Shown here piece after piece: positions 55,251-64,000 of a stretch of DNA of 64,000 nucleotides. Where the stretch lies: assembly GCA_976226885.1 (NCBI GenBank), contig OZ320320.1:80352001-80416000 (forward strand), written 5' to 3'. The translations under genes and the position numbers were made by a program. The notes beneath the pieces were generated by a model that ran no database searches, was not told where the DNA came from, and was given only the letters and a program-made list of their open reading frames with translations. Source of the DNA: Iphione sp. A-MEVVRFRX5 (lineage: Eukaryota). Position 1 is the stretch's first letter; each line of letters starts with the position of its first letter.

Positions 55251-56979
55251 GGTGCAACGAGGATGACGTTTGCCTGGTCCCTTTGGGCTTTGCGGATGAC
55301 TCGGCCGACCAGGCTGAAAGGTGGAAAAGCATAAGCGTGGTTGAAATTCTGCCAGTCAAGGGAGAAGGCATCGATGAACAAGACGGAGGGGTCTGGCTTC
55401 CAGCTAACGTACTGGGAAGATTTGTGGTTTATACGAGAAGCGAACAAATCCACATCGGGGTGCCCCCACTGTTCTTCTATTCTATCGAAAATGCGTTGGT
55501 TCAATTCCCATTCTAGTTCCAAGTTGAATTCCCTAGAGGCCCTGTCAGCATTAACATTGGACACCCCGGGAATGTGTGTAGCTTGGACCTGTAGGCGCCG
55601 TTCTTCTGCGAACTCCCAGATCGCTAGGGCGACGAGGTTGCATTTGCCCGCTTTAGTGCCTCCCATGTTGTTAATGTACGCCACTGTGGTTGTGTTGTCG
55701 GACATGATGAGGATGTGTGTGTCATGACAGTGTGTACAGAAGGTGCGGAGCCCCAATAGAACTGCTAATAGTTCCAACACATTTATGTGGAAGGTTCTCT
55801 CCGTGTCCGACCAGAGGCCCCCGGTGCACTCGTCCTCTAGGGTCGCTCCCCAACCCGAAAGAGAGGCATCGGTGTATAGAGTTAACGAAGGCGTAGATGG
55901 GGAGAAGCACTTTTGTATGGTGGGTAAACGTGTTTTCCACCATTGTAGCTCATCACGGCATCTGTAGGTCAAAGAGAAAAGGCCTTCGAATTCCCGGGGT
56001 CCCGCTCGGCGCAAGCATTTAATCTTTCTCCTCTCCAAGTGTTTAATGTGTGCCGGTCCATAATATGTTGCTTTGGTTAGATCATTCAAAGACCCGATCA
56101 GTGAAGCTGCGGTTCTAATTGAGCAAGAGTTTTGTTGTAGAAGGGAGGTTATTTTGTGTGACACGCGAGTGACTTTATCTGTGGTGGGAGAGACCGTCTG
56201 TTGTACTGAGTCGATGTTGTAGCCCAAGAACGTGATGTGTTGTGTGGGTTCTGTGTGCAACTTCTGAGTGTTTATGGTGAACCCCAGCGACTGTAATAAA
56301 GCCGAAACTGTCTGTGTGTGCTCCCTAGTTTCGGTAGGTGAGTCACCAATAATAAGTAAGTCATCCAAGTACGCTATGATGTGAATGCCCCGTTCTCTGC
56401 AAGTGGCTAGGACTGGTTTGAGGATCTTCGTGAAAATATACGGGGCGGGGCTGAGGCTGAAGGGAGTACATTGAAACGGAAAAGTTGACCCTGCCACTGA
56501 AAAACCAAATAGTCCCGACTCTCCTCCGCAATGTTCACCGAATGATAAGCGTCCTTTAAGTCAAGGGAGGAGAGGAACGCACCTTTATCAATGGCTAATA
56601 ACGATGATTGAAAAGTTTCCATCTTGAAATGCACAGGGGTCAAGAAAAAATTTAATTTGGATAAGTCAATGATGAGTCTGAAAGTGCCGTTTGGTTTAGG
56701 CCGAAGGAAAATGTTGGAGATGAATCGTGCTTGGTGACTGTGGACGGCAGTGATCACCCCCCTGTTTAGCATGTCTGCTATGGCTTGGTTGGCCGCTTGC
56801 GTCTGTTCGTTGTCAAAATGATATTGACGTGGAACGTCCGCCTGGGTAGGTGTGCTGGTAAAGTGCAATTTAACTCCCCAGACCATCTCCAACATAACCT
56901 CGTAAGAAGTAAGGCTTTCCCATGCTGTTAAAAATGAAGCTATAGTGGGTCGCCACTCAGAATGTAGATCTGTACTCAC
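55076..56979 (-). pseudogene. DIRS pol: RT, RNase H and DAM-like methyltransferase domain, 1-nt frameshift at ~56460
   Basis: FRLIIDLSKLN, LDLKDAY, LP|F.L..AP..FTK, YLDD; YTDAS..GWG, HINVLE, SDNTT, HIPG..N..ADRASR; DLFAS...DAF...W..AYAFPPF. Confidence 0.93.
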
Positions 56980-56981
56980 CC

Positions 56982-58154
56982 TTACTGGCCTTTGGGCTGG
57001 GACTTCGGGGGGAGGCCCAGCCCCTTGGCGTTTCCCTGGTAGTTGTTGTCCGCCTGTTCAAGTGGACTGCGGTAGGTGGTGGAGTTTTTGTAGTCAGACT
57101 GACGGTGGTTGTTCCTGTATCGGCCCTGCTGTTGACCCGTCTGCTGATTATTAGCGGGCTTGTGTCTGGGGTACGGACCCCCGCGGTTGTTGGTGTTTCC
57201 GTTTTTCGCCTTGAACTTTCCGCCTGCCTTTCCTTTATCGAATTTTCTGGAAAATTTCTCATCCTCCTCTAAGTCTTTGCATTTCTGACGGAAATCATTT
57301 CCGAACAAGAAATCCGCGGAGGCTGAAGTCTCGTCCGCCAATTTCTTGTATGTGTCCGGTAGGCCTAGCTTAACCTCCTGGCGGCATGTCTTTAGGAGGT
57401 CTGCTCTGTTTCCTGCTTCCAAGTTTACAGTGTCCGTGACTAGTTTTAGCACGTCCCGTACCCACGGGTGCTCCCGTTCTCTCTTGATGAGTGATTCGCT
57501 GATCCTAGCCAGGACAGTGAAGATCGTGTTTGAATTGTATATGTGTTTCTGTAACATCTTATCTCTGTTCCTGCCGACGGGGTGCATGTGTAACCATAAC
57601 GCGGAGTTTAGTTTCGGAACCTGTAACTGGTTTATGTTGTTTGGGCGAGCATATTTCTCCCGTAGAGCTTTGATGGTGTCCGCATCAAGTGGTTTGTCAA
57701 CGCGGCCTCCGAAGAATTTTGCCACTCTGCAGTGTGTGTCCGCGGATACCGTTTTATCCTTATCAAGATTTTTCGCTAGCTCTTCGAAGTAAGCTCCTTC
57801 GTCTGCATCGCCCTGTTCAGATAGGGTTGGCATTTCGGAATCTTCTGCTAGGGACCGCAGCAGTCCATCGTTAGAAATCGAGGAGATTACAGAAACTTGG
57901 TCATTGAGCAACCTATCGATGGATGGCGCGAAGCTGGAGCTATGTCTGCTGATTGCCATTGAATCCGACGTGCGTTCTACCGCCGAAAGTCGTTCGCCTA
58001 AGGCGTGAATGGCCCCCAAGACTTGGTTAAGTGTATCGTCTTTCTCTGTGCGCTTTGGAGGCATAGTAGGGACCTCTTGTAATCCTGCCCGAATCACTTC
58101 ATTCACGTCAGATTCGTGTGAGGAGGAACTTCCTGCCTCGTGGTTTGCCGGCAT
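56982..58154 (-). CDS. DIRS gag-like ORF1 (390 aa)
   Basis: Position and motifs typical of DIRS ORF1 (RP.N...L.VPKLN..LW..M...RN.DK.LQK; LFG..F). Confidence 0.85.
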   Translation of the reverse strand: MPANHEAGSSSSHESDVNEVIRAGLQEVPTMPPKRTEKDDTLNQVLGAIHALGERLSAVERTSDSMAISRHSSSFAPSIDRLLNDQVSVISSISNDGLLRSLAEDSEMPTLSEQGDADEGAYFEELAKNLDKDKTVSADTHCRVAKFFGGRVDKPLDADTIKALREKYARPNNINQLQVPKLNSALWLHMHPVGRNRDKMLQKHIYNSNTIFTVLARISESLIKREREHPWVRDVLKLVTDTVNLEAGNRADLLKTCRQEVKLGLPDTYKKLADETSASADFLFGNDFRQKCKDLEEDEKFSRKFDKGKAGGKFKAKNGNTNNRGGPYPRHKPANNQQTGQQQGRYRNNHRQSDYKNSTTYRSPLEQADNNYQGNAKGLGLPPKSQPKGQ

Positions 58155-58381
58155 GGCGGTAATGGCGACTTTCCCGCGTGAAGCAAGGTCCCCAAAATTC
58201 GGGAAAAGCGGAGAAAGGGTTGGTCACTTTGGTCAAAAAGTAACACAGGGGAAAACAGAAGCCCCAGTCAGTAAAAGCTGAACCACAGTTGTGAAGAAAT
58301 ACAAGGTAAAATCCTAGATGTAATCCGATAAAGTGAGAGAAGGCTCGGAAGCTGTATCCACCTGGCGAGAACGTAACTTTC

Positions 58382-58453
58382 ACTGTTGTCCACCAGATGG
58401 CAGACGTGATATCTCTCCCTTGGTCGCCACGTAGTGACGACCAGCGGAACTAA
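58382..58453. repeat. DIRS 5' ITR
   Basis: Complementary to both the ICR and the right ITR. Contains the hairpin GGTCGTCAC-TAC-GTGGCGACC. Confidence 0.93.
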
Positions 58454-59029
58454 CTTGAAAAAGTAAATGCACATGCATATATGCATAAATACATATGTAA
58501 AAAAATAAACGAGATTGAGAATGATTTTTTGCACTTCACACACGAGTATAGGTCCACCGACATGGCCCAGGCAAAGGAAACATCTACATATGTGATGTAT
58601 TTTCAATCATTAAAATAGCGATTAAACTGATAAATCTAGCAGTGAAACTGATATTCACAATACTGCACCCATATGTGTTACCAAATTTTTAATGAAGCCT
58701 GAAATGAAGACAGTAACCCAGACCTACAAGTTGACACACATGTACATACATACATTAATCTATAAATATATGTTTGAATATACATGTTTATTAATGCATG
58801 ATAAGTATACACTCGACTCACAAACACAACCAACAGAAGTGAAACGTGGTTGTTACCTTTACGAAGCGAATCCTGTCATACATTCATGTATTTCTCCTTA
58901 ATAGACTGGTCTCAGGATGTAACGTCTTCCTCATATGTCTACTTCACTACCCACATACATTTACTGTACCCGTCGAGTTGCCTTAAACAAAGATTGACTG
59001 TAGAATGTATGAATGATGGAGATGATGGT

Positions 59030-59700
59030 GACTCTGGTGGGAAGAGGAATCATATGAGCCACTCCTCTGAAACTCAACTCACTCCATGGTAAGAATAATG
59101 CGTCTTAAGTGCACCAGTCTGATTCACGCTGACTCAGTTGTAGAGTAGTGGGTAATCAGCTGATTCCATCTGACACTCAATGCCACAGATAATATCTTCC
59201 ATGAATGATTCTACTAGTAATTCACACTGACTCTTGATGGTACAGTTAATGTGTCTGATGTGAATCACTGATAAATTCTCACTTACTCGGACTCTTTTAG
59301 GGAAGGTGTCTCATGTAAGGCACTCTGCTAAAGTCTCATATTCTCTTGCTGTGGTAGAGTGCTGTGTCTCACCCGAGCCACTGTGGAAGAGTCTCAATGG
59401 TACAGTTAATGTGTCTGATGTGCATTGCTCTGATACATTCTCATTTACTCTTGACTCTTTGAGAGGAGGTGTCTCATATAAGGCATTCTGCTAGAATCTC
59501 ATTCTCTTGCTGTGGTTGAGTGCTTTGTCTCACACGAGCCATGGTGTAAGAGTCTCGATAGTACAGTTCATACATCTCATGTAAATCACTCTGATCCTTT
59601 ACTCTGACTCTCGATGGTAGGGTAATATGTCTCGTGTGAGCCACTCTTCCCGTCTCTAACTCACTCTTACTATCAAGGGTGCAGTAATGTCTCATATAAA
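59030..59700. repeat. degenerate tandem array, ~160 bp unit built from three ~54 bp subunits
   Basis: (G/A)AT(G/A)GTACAGTT recurs at 59236, 59396 and 59557. GTGTCT.A....A..CACT recurs three times per unit. Confidence 0.8.
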
Positions 59701-60593
59701 CAATGTACTTGAGTATGATCCAGTTTGACACTTTATTGTATAGTATTTAATGTCTTATATTTAAAAAGCCACCTCTCATTTGATTTTTAATACACGCTAT
59801 TTTCCACTTCCAATGTATTCTTTTTAGTAAGTACGTAGTGGTGAAAGGTCTACAATGATGAACATTCATGAACTGCCTTTTACCTTTCCTTAAATTACGA
59901 CCTAAATATTTCGTGGCACGATTCGTGAACGTTGTTAACTCCATTAACCAAAGAAATCACATTGACAGCATGTTCAAACCAACAGGGTACAAGGCATCTT
60001 GTGGCCTGAGTGACACTGACATTACAAAACGCATTGAAATAGCGGATTAGAACCAGTACAGGCTTATCAGACAGGTAACAACTTCAGTCAACCATAGCCC
60101 TTGCACAACCTATAAAGCTACCTGTGTCCCTTGAGACCAAGCAAAATCATTCAGACAAGTGTAGGAATGTACGGGTACGTCAATGGTTGGCATTTGAAAA
60201 TATTCATTTTGTTTTATAACATCCTCACAGAATACGGCATGTCTAATATTCCACGTGGCGAAATAATACTTCTCAAACGTTTTATCAAGATGCCACTTAG
60301 GGTAAGTCTTGAGGTGTATATTCGGCTGTTATGTCAAGCCAACATTATATACACGTACATTGGATATCCTGGTACTCCAAGTATAACACTGGCATTGTAC
60401 AATGGCACATTTACAGAATACCAAAACGGGTATCATTTTTCGTCTTTTGACTCTCTCTTTGAGTCAGAAAAGTAATCTCCTGTTTCAGGAGAATCGACGC
60501 AGAATAAAAACAAATAGAATAAGGGTTGATCGTATATTTACACGCCTACAGATTTCAAGTCCCGGTAGCCAAATAAAGACAACTCCCGGCAAG

Positions 60594-62915
60594 TTAAATG
60601 TTGGTCTCTTTGTTGTTGCCCATCGTCGCGTCGGGCTTCTTCAGCAGGCTCTCGGTGGTGGCGGGGTCTTGGTGAGGGCTGCTGTCCCTGTAGTCGTCCT
60701 TGCGGATGTCCTTGCGGCCCGCCATGCTGTGCGGTCGGCCGTACTCGGACATGACCGTCGAGCGGGTCCGGCCGTCGGCGCCGGCGGACGAGGAGGCGGC
60801 GAGGGACGACCTGTACTGGGTGTACTTACCGCGCACCATATTCCAGACCTTCGCCGTGCAGACGAAGGTGATGAAGATCCACAGTCCCTGCAGGCTGTTG
60901 ATGATGACGTAGATGTACCAGACGATGGTGTTCCGGAGTAAGGTGGCGACGAAGCCCAGCATCCAGGTGAGCCCCATGACCAGGGCCAGCTTGACGTAGA
61001 GCCCGAGCCGCCGCTGCTCCACCTTGTTCTTCTGCAGGCGCTTCGTGTTCTCGCTCACCTTGTGGATCTCGCGCACGGTGAGCGAGAAGAAGACGGTGTC
61101 GGCGATGAGCAGCGCCGCTATCGGCAGGACGAAGAAGACGAGCTGGCCGCTGGAGCTGCCGAACCAGCAGAAGGCCTTGCCGTAGTCCGGGCGGACGGCC
61201 TCCACCCGGGCGGCCTCAAAGATCCCCGCCAGGAGGACCACGCCGGCCGGAGAGACCCAGGAGTAGAGGCTGTACAGGAGGAAGCGGCGCGAGATACGCC
61301 CACCAGAGGAGGAGGAGTAGAAGGACTTGGAGGTGGACTTGCCGCCAAAGGCGTGGTAAATGTCGAAGGCCATGGTGTTCATCCAGAAGAAGTAGGCCAG
61401 GAAGCCGTAGTGGAGGAAGACGGCGATGGCGCGACACAGAGCCTCGTTCTCGTTCTGGTGCACGCCGACGATGAAGAGCAGCTGAGAGACGAGCAGCGAG
61501 GCGCTCAGGCACATGAGGCACTTGCCGGGGGTGTTGCGGAGCGGCGGGAAGCAGGAGTAGACGAGCAGCTGCAGGCTCAGGCCCAGGATGGAGACCAGGT
61601 TAAGGCCCAAGGTCAGCCAGCCCTGCACGGGGTCACTACGGAAGAAGCTCTCCCACTGCGTGACGTTGCGGGTGATGTTGTGACCCACCCGACCCCAGTC
61701 GGGGTTACAGACCAACACGTCGGCGCCGTCCGACCAGTGCTCGCCAGGGGGGTACGTCCTGTCGAGACCGGGTACGTAGACGGAGCCGTTACCGACGTAC
61801 TCGAACTCCCCCTTGCGGAAGCTGACCATGGGGCAGGTGGCGTCCCCGTCGGACGAAGAGATGCACTGCCCCTGGCGGTCGAGCACGGAACCAGGCTGGC
61901 AGTAGAGCTGGCGGCACTTGGCGGTGAAGGGATCGAACACGAAGCCGGCGTCGCAGGTGACGTCGATGACTTCCTCTCGCGTCTGCCACTTGCCGCCCGC
62001 CGACCGCTCCTCCCGCGTCAGCCGCCCGGCGTCGAGGTCGAGCAGGATGGAGAAGCTCGGGGGCTCACGGAAGACTATGTTGGGGCTGTGCAGTAAGGGC
62101 CGCCCGTCGATACACGTCAGCGATGCATCGTCGGCGAAGTTACACACTGCGCACTTCCGGTTCCGGTACGTATCGTGATAGCGGTACACGAACTCGGCCC
62201 GCTCCTCTGCGCAGGCGCGGCGTACGGCGTCGTCCTCCCAGGTGGGCGCGCAGGACGAGATGGGGTTCTTACACATGTGGGCCTTGTAGAGCGGGTGAGA
62301 GAACTCCACCTGCAGTTTGAGCTGCGAGATGGCCGCCCAGTCGGAGCGCGCCAGGTCCTCCGTCTTCACGGAGCGCAGCAGGCCCGCGTCGTTCGTCGAC
62401 ACCTTGACGCGCCAGAAGACGAAGTACTTCTCATTGTTGCAGAGGGCGCAGTACGAGTTCCGGTAGAGGATGCCGGACCGAAGCCCCGTCACCGGCACGT
62501 AGCCGTACATGTCCTCCAGGTGGCGCGGCTGTCCTCCCTGGACGTCCTCGCACTTCCGGCGGACGTCCCCTTCCGGGTAGTTGGCCACGCAGCTCTGGAG
62601 AATGTAGACCGGAAAGCGGCGGTCGAGTCGCGCGTCGTTCACGCACCGCATGCGCTCCAACTCGCTCTCCTCCAGCCGCGTCGGGAACGGCTTCTTCCGG
62701 TCCGCTTCGTCGGCGCAGCAGTCGCCGTACAGGGCGCAGGAGGCATCGCAGGCGCAGTTCATATGGTATGACGTCATGTCCGGTGAGAGGCGGCAGGACG
62801 CGCGGAGCGTGCAGTTGCTGCCGAAGGGGCCAAGCAGTGCACGCGCATGCGCTATGCCCAACACCACAAGAAGTGCTGCTTGTAGGTACCGAGATCTGCC
62901 GCTAGGAGGCGACAT
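60594..62915 (-). CDS. Methuselah-like / adhesion-secretin class GPCR (773 aa), single coding exon
   Basis: Signal peptide LQAALLVVLGIAHARA; somatomedin-B-like CACDASCALYGDCCAD; two PV.G......YRN..CA.CN-type repeats; 7TM with LRNTPGK.LMCL..SL, FFWMN.MAFDI, YSLYSW..P, P.YG...CWF, F..P, LMGLTW.LGF, INSLQGL.IF..F. Acceptor ttccacttccag| at 62936 lies just upstream of the ATG. Confidence 0.9.
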   Translation of the reverse strand: MSPPSGRSRYLQAALLVVLGIAHARALLGPFGSNCTLRASCRLSPDMTSYHMNCACDASCALYGDCCADEADRKKPFPTRLEESELERMRCVNDARLDRRFPVYILQSCVANYPEGDVRRKCEDVQGGQPRHLEDMYGYVPVTGLRSGILYRNSYCALCNNEKYFVFWRVKVSTNDAGLLRSVKTEDLARSDWAAISQLKLQVEFSHPLYKAHMCKNPISSCAPTWEDDAVRRACAEERAEFVYRYHDTYRNRKCAVCNFADDASLTCIDGRPLLHSPNIVFREPPSFSILLDLDAGRLTREERSAGGKWQTREEVIDVTCDAGFVFDPFTAKCRQLYCQPGSVLDRQGQCISSSDGDATCPMVSFRKGEFEYVGNGSVYVPGLDRTYPPGEHWSDGADVLVCNPDWGRVGHNITRNVTQWESFFRSDPVQGWLTLGLNLVSILGLSLQLLVYSCFPPLRNTPGKCLMCLSASLLVSQLLFIVGVHQNENEALCRAIAVFLHYGFLAYFFWMNTMAFDIYHAFGGKSTSKSFYSSSSGGRISRRFLLYSLYSWVSPAGVVLLAGIFEAARVEAVRPDYGKAFCWFGSSSGQLVFFVLPIAALLIADTVFFSLTVREIHKVSENTKRLQKNKVEQRRLGLYVKLALVMGLTWMLGFVATLLRNTIVWYIYVIINSLQGLWIFITFVCTAKVWNMVRGKYTQYRSSLAASSSAGADGRTRSTVMSEYGRPHSMAGRKDIRKDDYRDSSPHQDPATTESLLKKPDATMGNNKETNI

Positions 62916-64000
62916 GGTGGAAATGCGGTAAGTTTCTGGAAGTGGAAAAAGGAAACAATAATTAAGACATGACATGTATGATAGGCCAACTGCTGCGGTG
63001 TTCATGAAAGAAATAACACAATTTTGATATTTACCGTTCACTAGATTAACCTACTATTAATAAACCCATCCGATATCATTGGTTTTGATATATTTCTGCT
63101 GAGAATGCAAAAACTATGACGTATCTTCCTCATTCTTTAAACAGAATATCCAAAGCTCTGTGATGATTCAGCTGTGCTCTTTTGATCATGAAAAGCAGAA
63201 AAGAGACTATCTAAATAGTCTAATATCTTAATTTTAGATTTGTCATTAGTATGATGCCGTAGCTTTAGTAATTGAATTAAAAAAACAATAGGTCAACTTA
63301 ATGGTTAGAGACCGCCGCCTGTTGAAAGGTTCCATTTAATTATGGATGCTGCCGTTTTGTGAGCAACACCCCCTCCATCGACACAGGTCATGGTCATTCC
63401 TATGATTTTAATATATGAAGACCTTTACAGATCGGACATTTCAAAGCTTTTAGGAAAGAGAATGATCTGATGGATGAAAGTTAGAATTCGACTTTCGCAC
63501 AATCCTTTTCGGAGAATACTCCAGATCCTAATGCTTTTCATTGCAATCAAACACATATCTGTACAAACATACCCATACATGTATATCTTAATCATTTAAT
63601 TCCTGAATATTAACGGTTATATTTTGCTAAAGGACATACAAAACTAACTCGAAATTTTAATACTGGGGCTGGCTGCACACCCTGGAACAGAATGAATCTC
63701 TTTCACGGTATTACGTAGCACCCTCGCTATTTCATGCATAAAACAGCTGAAGCACACGTTCTCTCATCTATCAAAACCTCCCTCGGAATTCCTTAGATGT
63801 TTCTCACACCTAAAGTGTAACACATATGTGGCCTCTTTCCTCACATATATTTCTCACATAAAAGTCAGGGTAGTCTCTAAATACACGTTCACATTCTTTC
63901 AGTATTGCAACACCTTACTGCATATAAGGCATAATGATTGAGAACAAGTGAATGTTGCAATGGGTTACTGTATAGGATATTATGCCGGTCTCAGCTACCA

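Larger units (their letters stand above)
53503..58453 (-). mobile_element. full-length DIRS1-type tyrosine-recombinase retrotransposon (~4.95 kb)
   Basis: gag, RT-RH-MT and YR ORFs; inverted terminal repeats plus an internal complementary region; no TSD; TT overlap at the ends. Confidence 0.95.

Noticed and set aside
60402-62931. Long plus-strand ORFs (e.g. 61062-62096, 62175-62771)
   Set aside because: Antisense shadows of the GC3-rich GPCR CDS with no recognisable motifs.

Overview
Animal (invertebrate-type) nuclear DNA, about 60% transposon-derived. Host genes: ashwin/C2orf49 (minus, 4 exons) head-to-head with VHL (plus, 3 exons) across a ~385-bp shared promoter; MRPL17 (plus, 4 exons); and a Methuselah-like/adhesion-type 7TM GPCR (minus, single coding exon). 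Mobile elements: an L2/Crack-type LINE 3' end; a tRNA-derived SINE; several MITEs; a decayed Gypsy (19195-26782, CATGT TSD) carrying a nested Crypton and a MITE; and a full-length DIRS with complete ITR/ICR termini (53503-58453). The main highlight is an 18-kb three-layer nest of LINEs at 28283-46530. L1/Tx1-type element A (14-bp TSD) has a second L1/Tx1-type element B inserted antisense between its polyA signal and polyA tail (13-16-bp TSD). B's endonuclease is split at GDFN|MTIN by an L2/CR1-group element D. All three carry a NADAR (YbiA/DUF1768-like) domain in the ORF1 position, with the canonical catalytic residues substituted. That suggests acquisition of an ADP-ribose-associated fold by two distant LINE clades, a configuration I do not recognise from published ORF1 classifications. 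All domain calls come from manual motif recognition; no searches were run.
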